A stretch of 64,000 nt of DNA, from NCBI GenBank assembly GCA_964016885.1, contig OZ024759.1:3720001-3784000 (forward strand), written 5' to 3'. Positions 1 through 12,262 of the stretch are shown piece by piece (within the stretch, counting starts at the first letter, position 1; the number at the start of each line of letters is the position of its first letter). The notes under the pieces are model-generated. The model was not told the DNA's origin, ran no database searches, and worked only from the letters and a program-made list of their open reading frames with translations. The translations under genes were made by a program, and so were the position numbers. The DNA comes from Eledone cirrhosa (lineage: Eukaryota).

Positions 1-89
1 AGTATATACTTTCAGATGTTCAACCATCTAGCAGGAAGGTATACGGTGCTGACGATAGCTAATAAGCTTGAAATGAGTACATTGTTCCT

Positions 90-296
90 GTGACAGTGTT
101 GAACAAAAACGTGACGTGGTTGCCTAAACATTGTACGGCGTAATTCGGGCTGTTTACAAACAAACAAACCGGACATTATAATAAATGTTCAGTAAACCGA
201 TACGTGCATATATATATGTGTGCATGTATGTATATATATACATACTACTGTACGTCTGTATACATATATGTATGTACGTATACATACATACATACT

Positions 297-371
<75 letters not shown>

Positions 372-410
372 GTATATACATATATATATATATACACACA
401 CACACACAAT
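90..410. repeat. Dispersed repeat end plus (TA)n microsatellite; same family as the palindrome at 33621-34087
   Basis: gtgttgaacaaaaacgtgacgtggttgcc...gatacgtgcata...tactgtacgtctgtatacatatatgtatgtacgtatac matches the arms and spacer at 33621-34087. Confidence 0.75.
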
Positions 411-536
411 TATATAGAACAATAAAACATGGCACTAGATGTTCAACCCAAGACCTTATGATTGAGAACAGCACACCTGTAACCTCTAAGCTATATATCT
501 TCACACAGACTTTCTGATAAAGACAGAAGTACCCAC

Positions 537-674
537 CTGACTGACAGTTGTCTCCCCTGAAACCAGCTGCACATCCAACACTAGAACACACCCCAGATTT
601 AATGTTGCAATGATCGTTGTCAGCACAGTAGCACAAATACTGACAGTTCAAGCCAAAATAACCCTTTTTACATT
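537..674 (-). CDS. EGF-like module exon E10 (gene presumably continues beyond the left edge of the window)
   Basis: poly-T cag|AA TGT...TCA G|gtgggt. 138 bp. [46 protein letters not shown]. Confidence 0.9.
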
Positions 675-799
675 CTGAAAAAAAAAAAAAAAGAAAATAG
701 AATTATATACACAACATATATATAAAATTATACACAATAACACATATATACAATTATACACAGCTATAACATACATATACACAATTATACATAACTATA

Positions 800-1160
800 A
801 TGCCAATGTGCGTGAATGACCAAGCATAGACGAGTTGAGAAAGAAACTGGGTATAAGAGGGATAAGTTGTGGTGTGTAGGAGAGAAGGCTGAGCTGAGAT
901 GGTATGGACATGTGATGCGCATGGAGGATGACCGCTGGGTAAAGAAGTGCCAAGAAATCCCAGTAGAAGGAAGACGCAGTAGAGGTAGACCATGAAAAAC
1001 ATGGGCGGAGGTGGTGAGAGAAGACCTCAAATTGCTGAAACTCACGGAGGAGATGACAAGGGACCGTGACGAATGAAGAGATGCCATGCTTAATAAGACC
1101 TGTCCCACCCTTGCAAGCAGGGAAAAGCGGACGTAAAATGATGATGATGATGATAATAAT
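800..1160 (+). mobile_element. RTE LINE 3' fragment with (ATG)n tail
   Basis: Degenerate LRWYGHVMRMEDDRWVKKC...GRP motif, ends ggacgtaaaatgatgatg. Confidence 0.8.
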
Positions 1161-1632
1161 AAAATTATTGTGTACAGTGCTCAGGTGCACTACAACTCAT
1201 CAATGGTGAATGTATAGTACATTAGTGAACAGACAGTGAACAGTGTATGAGTCATGAGATACACACAGACACATGCATGCGTGTGTATGGAGGGGGAATA
1301 TCAGGTGTAGTGTTGGCGCAAAAAAAAAATAAAAGGAAATGCTTACAGCACCTAGGTTTCTCAAGTGGTTTCCCATCTAAGTACTAACTAGGCTCGAGTC
1401 AAGATATATGTGTGTGTGTGTATGTATGTATGGAGGGGGAATATCAGGTGCAGGGTTGGCGAATTTCAGGCAACATGGAGGTTTTAAAGGATGCAGTGTC
1501 CCGGCAGCTAACAACTGATGCAGGTAGTTTGTTCCATGCTTCAGTGAATTTCAGGAAGCATGGAGGTTTTAAAGGATGCAGTGTCCTGGCAGCACACAAC
1601 TGATGCGGGTAGTTTGTTCCATACTTCAGCAA
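1155..1632 (-). mobile_element. CR1-type LINE 3' tail fragments, rearranged and duplicated
   Basis: EAWNKLPASVVSCRDTASFKTSM plus 3'UTR. Same family at 7505-7775, 15330-15520 and 18630-21155. Confidence 0.75.
1339..1398 (-). pseudogene. 5S rRNA 3'-half pseudogene fragment followed by an oligo-T terminator-like run
   Basis: Minus strand cgagcctagttagtacttagatgggaaaccacttgagaaacctaggtgctgtaagcattt aligns by eye with the metazoan 5S 3' half (GGGCCTGGTTAGTACTTGGATGGGAGACCGCCTGGGAATACCGGGTGCTGTAGGC). Confidence 0.8.
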
Positions 1633-2014
1633 ATTTTTATATATATTGATTGACCAACAGTTAAAAAATATAAATATAAATATAGTTTCTCAGAGTTTTT
1701 TCATCACATATCTGTGACATCATCAGTGATATTTCTATGCTTGTCATATTCCTGTGATGTTTTCTTATTCTATTTTATTTATTTGCAGTAGTTCCAACGT
1801 AAAAGACTTTCATAATAGTTGATCACTATAAATAACAGTTAGGAAAACCAGATAAAGTACATGTGGAGATAGAAAGAAGTAGACGGAGGGTCCTGTAAGG
1901 AACAGGTGCAAGTTTGCTTCCTTGCAAATACTTCTGTCTACATCTACCTTTCTCCTGAGATACTTTACTACCCACATTAACCTGTCACCTGTGGTCCATT
2001 ACTGTCTACCAGGA

Positions 2015-2197
2015 ATAATAATTGTTTCTACTTTAGGCACAAGGTCAGAAATTATCCAAGTGTATTACTGGTACTTTATTTTATCGACCCCGTAAGGATG
2101 AAAGGCAAAGTTAACTTCGGTGGGATTTGAACTCAGATTGTAAAGGGACATAACTATGCTGGAAAGCACGGCATCCGACTCTCTACCGATACTGCCA
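2015..2197 (-). mobile_element. tRNA-derived SINE, family A. Other copies at about 7255-7420(+), 9222-9375, 10713-10905, 11130-11315(+), 15122-15315, 18428-18540 and 37408-37582
   Basis: Shared core ctggtactttattttatcgaccccgtaaggatgaaaggcaaagttaac...gggatttgaactcag (B box in reverse complement) and (ATT)n tail. Confidence 0.8.
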
Positions 2198-2202
2198 TAA
2201 TA

Positions 2203-3035
2203 CAGTTATACTAGTTAGAAGTAGAAATAAAAGACTATTAAACATATGTAGTCATTAATAATATAGTTATACTAGTTAGTAGTAAAAGTAAAAGAGTAAT
2301 ACACCTATGTAGCCATTAATAATATAGTTATACTAGTTAGTAGTAAAAGTAAAAGAGTAATAAACCTATGTAGTCATTAATAATATAGTTATACTAGTTA
2401 GTAGTAAAAGTAAAAGAGTAATAAACCTATGTAGTCATTAATAATATAGTTATACTAGTTAGTAGTAAAAGTAAAAGAGTATTAAACATATGTAGTCATT
2501 AATAATATAGTTATACTAGTTAGTAGTAAAAGTGAAAGAGTAATACACCTATGTAGTCATTAATAATATAGTTATACTAGTTAGTAGTAAAAGTAATAGA
2601 GTAATAAACCTATGTAGTCATTAATAATATAGTTATACTAGTTAGTAGTAAAAGTAAAAGAGTATTAAACATATGTAGTCATTAATAATATAGTTATACT
2701 AGTTAGTAGTAAAAGTGAAAGAGTAATACACCTATGTAGTCATTAATAATTTAGTTATACTAGTTAGTAGTAAAAGTGAAAGAGTAATACACCTATGTAG
2801 CCATTAATAATATAGTTATACTAGTTAGTAGTAAAAGTAAAAGAGTAATAAACCTATGTAGACATTAATAATATAGTTATACTAGTTAGTAGTAAACGTA
2901 AAAGAGTAATAAACATATGTAGACATTAATAATATAGTTATACTAGTTAGTAGTAAAAATAAAAGAGTAATAAACATATGTAGACATTATTAATATAGTT
3001 ATACTAGTTAGTAGTAAACGTAAAAGAGTATTAAA
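2203..3035. repeat. 61-bp AT-rich minisatellite, ~13-14 units, abutting the E9 donor site
   Basis: unit tagttatactagttagtagtaaaagtaaaagagtaataaacctatgtagtcattaataata. Confidence 0.95.
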
Positions 3036-3040
3036 CCAAC

Positions 3041-3178
3041 CAGTTTGACAATCAGTTCCTATATAGCCTGGTTCACAGTTGCCCTCTTCACAAACACCAT
3101 TGGTTCTGTTGCAGTATTTACTTTCTTCACAATGACAAACCTTTTGACAGTTAGACCCAAAAGTATTGCTTGGACAGA
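3041..3178 (-). CDS. EGF-like module exon E9
   Basis: tatttcatccag|TC TGT...ACT G|gttggt. 138 bp. xCPSNTFGSNCQKVCHCEESKYCNRTNGVCEEGNCEPGYIGTDCQT. Confidence 0.88.
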
Positions 3179-3387
3179 CTGGATGAAATAAAGGATCAAA
3201 CAGAAATTTAGTAAATTTAACCCTTTAGCATTTACATTACTTTATATATATATACTATTGTATTTTTACAGTAAACACTTTATCACATATTATGGAGTCT
3301 AGGAGATTTTGATGATGATATTATTTATTTTGAGAAGAATACCTTAATGTCAGTATTGGTGACCGGTTATTGAAAGAAGTCAATATA

Positions 3388-6100
3388 TAACCCTTTAGCA
3401 TTTACATTACTCATAGACATTCAATGTAGAAGAGAACTGGGAGTTCCTAAAAAATAACTTACTAGAGGCGACGGATGAGGTCTGTGGCTGGAGTAAGACC
3501 TCAAGCAGGAGGAGAGTGACTTGGTGGTGGAACAATAAGGTATATGAGGCAGTTAAGGCCAAGAGACAGGCATGGAAAGAATGGAAGAACGGGGGGAGCA
3601 GGGTAAATTACATAGAGAACAAGAGGGAAGCTAGGCGACAAGTATACTTAGCTAGGAGGGAAGCAGAGGATAGAAAATTCAAGCATGTTTTGCAATGTAA
3701 GGACCAGAAACAGGAGGTGTTCAAGATTGCGAGGCAGTGTGTCAGAGAGAATTGTGATGTCATTGGAGAGAAGTGTATCCGGAATGATAAAGGTGAGCTT
3801 GCCCTCACAAGTGCTGAGAAGAAAGATGCATGGAAGAGTCATTATGATAGATTACTAAATGAGGAGAATGCATGAGAAGAAGAGACCCTACCCCAAGTAG
3901 ACCCTATAGAGGGGCCAGCAGTACAAGTCGGCAGCAGCGTAGTAAGTAAGGCAATCAAAGATATGAAGATGGGGAAGGCAACCGGTCCATCGGGTATAGC
4001 TGCTGAGATGCTGAAGGCATCTGGGTCTGTAGGTCACACTATAACCACACGTATTGTTAACCAGGTAATACTAGAAGGTGTCATACCAAAAGATTGGTGC
4101 AGTAGCATTATTGTCAACTGCTACAAAGGTAAAGGTGATGCACTAGATAGAGGAAACTATAGAGGTATAAAGCTGATGGACCAGGTCATGAAAGTAACAG
4201 AAAGAGTTATAGCACAGTTGATTAGGGACCGGGTGAAACTAGATGAGATGCAATTTGGGTTTGTACCAGGAAGAGGCACCACTGATGCCCTCTTCCTTGT
4301 GAGGCAGTACAGGAAAAGTACCTAGCTAAAAGCAAGCCACTCTACCTGCCATTTGTCGATCTCGAGAAAGCCTTTGACAGAGTTCCACGTGCTGTAATCT
4401 GATGGGCTCTTAGAAAACTAGGAGTAGATGAATGGCTTGTGAAAGCGGTACAAGCCATGTATAGGGGAGCAGTCAGCAAAGTTAGGATTAGCAATGAGTA
4501 TAGCGAGGAATTTAGCGTACAGGTTGGGGTCCACCAGGGCTCTGTTCTTAGCCCCCTCCTGTTCATCATAGTCATGCAGGCAATAACGGAGGAGTTTAAG
4601 ACCGGATGCCCATGGGAACTCCTGTATGCTGATGACCTCGCACTTATAGCTGAATCTATGGTAGAGCTAGAGAAGAAATTCCAAACTTGGAAGCAGGGAC
4701 TAGAAAGAAAGGGTCTCAAAGTCAACATGATAAAGACTCAGGTCCTTGTAAGTAGACGAGAAAACAGAACCCAGATCCCCTCAGGGAAATGGCCTTGCTC
4801 AGTATGTAGGAAAGGTGTAGGTAGGAACTCCATTCCCTGCCCCAAATGCAAACAATGGGTACACAAGAGATGTAGCGGGATCTCAGGAAGCTTAATTAAG
4901 AATGTAGGCTTCACATGCAGCAGCTGTGCTGGGACAGCACGCAGCAAAAAGCCACAGGAAACAAGTACCACCAATCTCTCGGAGGGCTCTGTAGAAAGAG
5001 TAGACCGCTTCTGCTACCTAGGTGATCGAATTAGCAGCGGAGGTGGGTGTTCAGAAAGTACAATAACTAGGGTAAGAACGGGATGGAAGAAGCTTAGGGA
5101 ACTACTACCACTGCTAGCTGCAAAAGGCTTTTCCCTCAAAATGAAAGGCAGACTGTATGATGCGTGTATCCGAACAGCAATGTTGCATGGTAGTGAGACC
5201 TGGGCGCTGAAGGTGGAAGACTTATGTAGATTAGAGAGAAACGAAGCCTGCATGCTCCGATGGATGTGTAACAGTAATATACGCGAACGACAAAGCATAA
5301 ATGAATTGAGAGAGAGACTGAGCATAAGAGGAATCAAATGCTGTGTGCAGGAGAGGCAGTTGCGTTGGTATGGACATGTGATGCGTATGAAGGATGACAG
5401 CTGCATAAAAAGGTGCAGAGCACTAGAAGTCGATGGAAACCGCGGAGTGGGGAGACCCAAGATGACCTGGGATGAGGTGATAAAAACCGACCTTACCCAA
5501 TTCCACCTCTCAAAGGCGAAAACACATGACCGTGACCTCTGGCGTCTCGCAGAAATACAGAGTACCCGACCTCCCATGGGTACAAGCTGATGCATATAGA
5601 CAATAAGCCCCCACACCCCCCACTTCAAGGTGGTCGTGGAGGTGCCACGGCAAAAAGCACCCAGCCCACACTGTAAAGTGGACGTGTAGGCAACACGAAA
5701 AAGCACCCAGTACTCACTGTAAATGAGGTTGGTGTTAGGAAGGGCATCCAGCTGTAGAAATCAAGCCAAATCAGTTCCTGTATGAGCAAAGCATAGTCAG
5801 CCGACCAGACACTGCCCACAACAGGACAACCCGTCTAACCCATGCTAGCGTGGAAGAACGGACGTAAAACGGTGATGATGATGATGATGATGATGACTCT
5901 ATATATACTATTGTATTTTCATGGTAAAGGCTTTACCTCACATAAGTATCTCATAATGTCGAATCTATGAGATTTTGATTTTATCTATTTTGAGAAGAAT
6001 ACCTTAATGTCAGTATGAGTGGCCAGTTATGGCCGGTTTCAACAGAAAGAGGTGAGAGGATTCTGGTCAGATATGGCCGGTTTAAATGCTAAAGGGTTAA
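3388..6100. mobile_element. TTAA-flanked (piggyBac-like) MITE interrupted by the RTE LINE. Related copies at ~3217-3380, 11317-11533 and 15880-16098
   Basis: Termini (t)taaccctttagcattt ... aaatgctaaagggttaa. The body resumes after the LINE (actc|tatatatactattg) as in the intact copy at 11317. Confidence 0.7.
3413..5895 (+). mobile_element. 5'-truncated RTE-clade LINE: reverse transcriptase with a PHD-like Cys/His insert; inactivated
   Basis: KGKGDALDRGNYRGIKL, QFGFVPGRGTTDA, DLEKAFDRV, GVHQGSVLSPLLF, LLYADD, RQLRWYGHVMR and (GAT)n tail. TGG>TGA-type stops at ~3873 and ~4400 and a frameshift at ~4308. Confidence 0.95.
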
Positions 6101-6349
6101 ACACCCCAGTGTTGAAATGTGGTAGTGCTGGTGCCATGATAAAGTGCACCAAGCCTACACTGGAAAATGGAAGTGTTTGATGCTGTGATAAAATGCATCC
6201 AGCCCATACTGTAAAGTGTTAGTGTGGTACCATGATAAAAGTAGCAAGACCACCCTGGCATGTGGTAAAGGTGGTGCCATGAGGAAATGCACCCAGTACA
6301 TGCTGTGAGGTAGTGTTAGGAAGGGCATCCAACAATAGAAACTATGCTA

Positions 6350-6948
6350 GAGAAACACTGGCACACTTGGAAAATTAGAAGCACACAGGTACAGTGGGAA
6401 CATCAGAGACACAGTGGGTACTCAAGAGGCACAATGGCTCACTGTGAACATCCAGAAGCACACTGGGATATTAGAGGCATACTGGCATACTGGGAACATT
6501 GGAGCACAGTGGGAACATCAGAGGCACACTGGAATATCAGTGGACACTAGGTACATAGGAGGCATACTGAGAACATCAGAGGCTCACTGGGCACATCAGA
6601 GACACACTGGGAATACAAGAGGCACACTGGGAACATCAGAAGCACAGTAGGCACATCCGAGGCACACTAGGTATATCAGAGACACACTGGGAACACAAGA
6701 GGCAGACTGGGAGCATCAGAGGCACAGTTGGCACATCAGAGGCACACTAGGTATATCAGAGACACACTGGGAACACAAGAGGCAGACTGGGAGCATCAGA
6801 GGCACAGTTGGCACATCAGAGGCACACTGAGCACATCAGAGACACACTGGGAATACAAGAGGCATACTGGGAACATCAGAAGCAGAGTAGGTACACAAGA
6901 GGCAGACTGGGAACATCAGAGGCACACAGGGCACATCAGGAGGCACGC
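6350..6948. repeat. Degenerate ~20-bp minisatellite
   Basis: consensus gggaacatcagaggcacact. Confidence 0.85.
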
Positions 6949-6991
6949 TGTTAATAAATGAACATTTACAGTTTAAAATAAGCATACTAAC

Positions 6992-7129
6992 AAGCTTGGC
7001 AGTCATGACCAGTAAAACCAGGTAGACACTTGTTGTTTGGACAGTGTCCAGTTTTAGGGTTACAGTTTGCACTGTCCTTGCATTTACAGGGATTTGAACA
7101 ATGGACACCAAAATAACCAGCTTTACACA
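6992..7129 (-). CDS. EGF-like module exon E8
   Basis: tattttaacag|TG TGT...GCT T|gttagt. 138 bp. VCKAGYFGVHCSNPCKCKDSANCNPKTGHCPNNKCLPGFTGHDCQA. Confidence 0.88.
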
Positions 7130-7184
7130 CTGTTAAAATAAAACAAACAAGTAGAAATATCTAACATTACTTTACAAATATATA

Positions 7185-8242
7185 CAGGGTGCAGCATAAA
7201 TACTGTTACAAAATATCAAATGAGTTTAAGTCATAATATTAATTACTTTATGCTTTGCAGCATAGAGTTACGGCCCTTTATGATCTGAGTTCAAATCCCG
7301 CCCAGATTAACTTTGCCTTTCATCCTTACTGGGTCGATAAAATAAAGTACCAGTCACACACAGGGAGCGCTTTAATAGACCCCCCCCCCCTGGCCTTATG
7401 CTTATATAAGAAACCAATAATAATTACTTTATTATTGATCTGATTGCTCAAATATTAACCTAATACTATATACTAACTGTTTTGGGGGTTATATAAGGAT
7501 TCATTGCACATTTTTTCATGTTCAGAGTTGCTGAAGCATGGAACAAATTACCTGCATCAGTTGTTAGCTACTGGGACACTACATCCTTTAAAACCTCCAT
7601 GCTTCCTGAAATTCGCCAACACTACACCTGATATCCCCCTTCCATACACACGCATGCATGTGTGTGTATTTCATGACTCATACACTGTTCACTTTCCTGA
7701 CCTTTATACATTATTCTATGTACTATATATGCACCTGAGCAGTGTACACAATAATTTCATTATTATTATTATTTAAATGTCCTTAGAATTGAAAGGAAAA
7801 TTCATAATTGGACAGCATGAAAAAAAGTAGACTCCACCTCAGATTTTTATAACTGGAAAACAGCTTGAAATTAACAGAATGCTCATAAAAAGGACCATTG
7901 ATCACTTCAAAGAAACTTCCTCAACAAAAGCCAAGATCAGGACGTCCTAGCACCTTCTGAACACTAAAACTAATCAAATACATGCATGAGAAAATCAGAT
8001 GTAAGCCAAAAAGATTCATGAGAAAAATGGTGAAAGAGGCCGAAATTTCAGAGAGATCCATGAGGAGGCTATGTAAAGATGATCTCGAGATGTGAGAACA
8101 AAAGGAAAGCATATCAAATAAGATTTCATGGTGTTAATAAACATTTTATTAATTACATTGTGCCACAATTGTAGCTAGGTACAATAAATATTGAAGGAGT
8201 TATAAGCATTTTATTTTGTAACAGTATTTATGCCGTACTATG
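7185..8242 (+). mobile_element. Internally deleted Tc1/mariner transposon with nested SINE and CR1 tail
   Basis: TA-flanked TIRs cagggtgcagcataaatactgttacaaaata / tattttgtaacagtatttatgccgtactatg. Degenerate HTH region ...RTIDHFKETSS..PRSGRP...KIRCKPKRFMRKMVKEAEISERSMRRLCKDDL at ~7830-8090. Confidence 0.8.
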
Positions 8243-8342
8243 TAGTATTATGTGGTCAGAAACTCTCAAGAAAGTTGGACAGGAGAAGGTCACCAGAGAA
8301 GAACCACCCTCTCACCTCATGCAAGGGTTTCAGCCATTAACC

Positions 8343-8635
8343 CAGGCATGGGCAACCTTTTTCGAGAAGCGGGCTGCATGAGATATGGCTCATCATCAGG
8401 GAGGCCGCAAGCGCTAATTTACATTTGTGCCCACATTAAAAAAAAAGGGTGATAACTCAGGTTGTTTTGATTTGTTTCTTCAGAATTCGTACACGTTGTT
8501 TTCCTCAATCGTTAAAAATTATAGAAAGATAAATTACGACTGAAAAGTTGGGGTAAAAAAATCAGAAAGATTTCACTTAGGTGATTTAGGTGAGTCATTT
8601 AGAAAGCTTCGTGGGCCGCACGTTACCCATGACTG
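8343..8635. mobile_element. hAT-like MITE
   Basis: TIRs caggcatgggcaac / gttacccatgactg with subterminal gcgggc / gggccgc motifs. Confidence 0.7.
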
Positions 8636-10107
8636 CCTTAATCTATTTAACATTTACATTACTGTGTTTAAGTGTGTGTGAGTGAGTGCATTTGTGTGTT
8701 TTAATGTGAGTGTGTTTGTGTGTTTTAGTGTGTGAGTACATTTGAGCATTTAAGAGTGTGAAAGAGTATGTGTGTGAGTGTGTTTGTGTGTTTTAGAGTG
8801 TGAGTGCATGTGTGTGTTTATGTGTATGTGTGTGTGAACTCTTTTATTCACCTCTTACAATAGGAAAGGACACTGTGCCAGTTATTTTGTGTCTCAACTA
8901 ATTGCAACAAAGCTAATAAACTTTCATGCTCTATTTAACACTAACACAAGTGTAAATGGTGTTAAACTTACAATCATGTTCTGGGTTTCATTCTTGGACT
9001 GGGTTGTGTGTTATGTTCTTGAGCAAAACATTATACTCAGTATGTATGTATGGTCCTGTAACTCCTGACAGAGTCGTAGAGGTGCCGTATTAACAGACAT
9101 CATTTCTTGGATATTTTAAGCCAGGCGGAGCCCATCCCTGTCCAGGCCTGAATACAGCAGATTTCTTCCAGAGAAAGATAGAAAGTGAGAGAGAGGAAAT
9201 GAGAAAGAGATATAGAAGAAGAATCGACCCCAGTACTAGACTGGTACTTTTTTATTGACATCAAAAGGATGAAAGGCAAAGTTGACCTCAGCGGGATTTG
9301 AACTCAGAGAGCAGAGAGTCGGAACGAATACCACAAAGCATTCTATCTGATGTTCTAACGACTCTGCCAATTCACTGCCTATATACTCAGTATACTCAGT
9401 TGGAAATGAGTATCAACAATTGCTGGGGGGTTTTCTCTGCAATGGACTGGTGTCCTGTCCAGGTTGGAATTGTTTACTGTCAGTCACTTAACACCATGGA
9501 AACCAAGGTAAACCCTGGCCTGATTAGCATCCAGGCTTGAGACAGACTTTAGACTCAGAACAAGTAACAGCCAAATTATAGATTAGTATGATGAAAAGGA
9601 AAGGACACATTAAATAGTGTAGTCCTAGTTATGCAATGCCTGAGAGAAGGGTGGAATGTGCTTATCTCGGTTTCCATGGTGTGAAGCAACTGAGAGTACA
9701 GAATTCCATCCTGCACAGGACACCTGTCCTGTGCAGGATGGAATTTAAAATCCCCCAGCAATTGCTGGTACTCATTTTCAACTGAGTATACTACGCAAGA
9801 ATGTTTTGCTTAAGAACGCAATGCACAGCCAAGTCCAGGAATCAAACCCACAACATTATGATTGTAAATCCAACAGCTTTACCACTTGTGTTAGTGTTAG
9901 ATAGAGATGACAGTTCATTGATCTCATAACTAGTTTAAACTGTAAACAACTGACACAGTGTCCTTACATATTATAAAGAGGTGAATAAAAGATATTGAAA
10001 AAGATACTGTCAATTCACCAGCTTTTATTTTAATTTACAAATCTGCCCCCCCCCCCCCCCCCATAAAAAAAAGACACAATGGAAATTCGATATTTAGTTT
10101 TACTCAC

Positions 10108-10245
10108 CATTTTGGCAGTTTCTTCCTTCAAAACCAGCAACACATCTTCCGTCAGAACATATTCCTGTCACTGAGTCACATTTGTTGCTGCCTACACAGT
10201 GACATATACCTTCACAGTTGCTGCCAAATCTACCATTCTGGCAGA
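10108..10245 (-). CDS. EGF-like module exon E7
   Basis: tctttgaaag|TC TGC...AAT G|gtgagt. 138 bp. VCQNGRFGSNCEGICHCVGSNKCDSVTGICSDGRCVAGFEGRNCQN. Confidence 0.9.
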
Positions 10246-10532
10246 CTTTCAAAGAAACAAAAACATTGTTTGTTAATAAAAAAAAAAGCAAACCCTTTTT
10301 GGTTCAGAAACTTCTGGCGGAATCCCAAAGTCTCATATTTTTATATGGTTTGAATATAAATATACTTCTCTACCTTTTTTTCATGGAACCCCAGACATTC
10401 CTTTGCAGAACCCTTGGGTTCCATGGATCCCACTTTGGGAATGACTAATAAAGAACAACCTAAAGTTTTGAGAGATAAAACAAGAATTCATATATGTTGC
10501 ACAGAGTAATTAGCTTCTTTCATTTCACTCAC

Positions 10533-10670
10533 CTGTTTGACAGTTGTTACCTTTATAGCCAGGTGTACACCCACCACTCGAACAGGTGCCAGATTTAGGG
10601 TTACACGTGCTATTGTCATAGCAGTGACAGCTATAGCTACAATCTTTACCAAACTTGCCACTGGAGCACT
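10533..10670 (-). CDS. EGF-like module exon E6
   Basis: tatatttcag|AG TGC...ACA G|gtgagt. 138 bp. ECSSGKFGKDCSYSCHCYDNSTCNPKSGTCSSGGCTPGYKGNNCQT. Confidence 0.9.
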
Positions 10671-12262
10671 CTGAAATATAGAGCTATTATTTATTATTTA
10701 TTCATGAGTGAATAAGAATTGTTTCGACTTTTGACACAAGGCCAGCAATTACCCCAGTGCATTACTGGTACTTTATTTTATCGACCCCGTAAGGACGAAA
10801 GGCAAAGTTAACCTTGGCGGGATTTGAACTCAGACCGTAAAGAACCGTAACTCTATGCTGCAAAGCATGGCATCCGACGCTCTACCGATACTGCCAATCC
10901 ACCACCCTCGCGATTCAATAATAATTATTTCTACTTTTTGCACAAGGCTAGCAATTATCCCAGTGTATTACTGGTACTTTATTAGTAATACACTGGATAA
11001 CAATAATGTTATAATAGTATTATAATATCATTAATATTCAGTTTGTTTGCCAGCAAACAGCCTCATAAACACCACGTGTGTTTTCTAGATGAACAATGTC
11101 ATCCTTTTGTTGTAAAGGGGAAAGAAATGGGCAGAACTGTTGGAGTGTTTGTTGGATGAAATGCTTTGCAGAACTTCTGAGTTCTGAGTTCAAATCTTGC
11201 TCAGGTCAAACTTGAATGTCATTTTTACAAGCTTGATAAAATAATGTACCAGTTAAATACTGGGGTAGATATAATCAACTGACTTTCTCTTTACTCCAAA
11301 ATTAAGAAATCATTATTAACCCTTTACCATTCACATTACTCTATATATAATATTGTATTTTCATGGTAAAGGCTTTATCTCACATAATTATCTCACATAA
11401 TATCGAATCTATGAGATTTTGAAAGTATTTATTTTGAGAACAATACCTTCACATCAGTTTGAGCGACCAGTTACAGCCAATATCAACAGAAAGAGGTAGA
11501 GAATTCTGGCCGGTTTGAACACGAAAGGGTTAATTAAAAACATAGGTACATTTGTGCTTTACATAGTTTTGGCTTGGTTTTACTGGTTGGGTATTTCTCT
11601 TGCAACCAACCACTTTACTGAGTGGCCTGGGTGCACCAGTTCTTGAGAGATTGTACTAATTAGGGTGGCACCAAGTGGATACAAAATGCGGGACGAAAAG
11701 AAGAGAGAGGAGTCAGTTGAAAATGTCTGAGTGGAGGTGGCATGAACCTAGAATACTCCGAGGAACAGAGTCCAATATAGTAGTGGTGGAAAGCAGGAGG
11801 AGAAGGCACATGGGGAGAGTATCAGTGAAGAAGAGAAAAAATGGTGTATCCATTTGGTTTATAGTCAAGTTTTATTTTTTTTAAACAAGCACCTTTATAG
11901 GCTTAGTCGGCCTCCTATGAGGTTGTCACCCCATAGGAAGTATTCTGGGTGTTTCAATGGTAAGGACACCATGCCTATCATGTTGTTGTTACAGCTCACA
12001 TTTATGTAGGTTTGGCTGGCCCCCTACAAGGATGCACTCCATGGGAAATATTCTGGGTGTTTTAATAATAAGGACCCCAGGCCTATCATGTTGTTACAGC
12101 TCTACCTATGTAGGTTTAACTGGCCTCTGACAAAAATGCACCCCAAAGGAGCCTCGGTCTTTTCATGTCACTCTTTCCTTGGTAAGTTTGGAATCTCACT
12201 TTGAAGTGCCATGTGCTCACCTAGAAATACAAATAGCATAGAAGATCTACTGAATGACTCAC

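Noticed and set aside
154-517. YIYI-type ORFs and the extension of the E10 ORF beyond 537
   Set aside because: (TA)n/(CA)n microsatellite translations; the real exon ends at the donor at 537.
11885-12220. ~108-bp diverged tandem repeats, with a similar piece near 36080-36220
   Set aside because: Looks like the interior of an old unclassified dispersed repeat, with no coding or structural signal.
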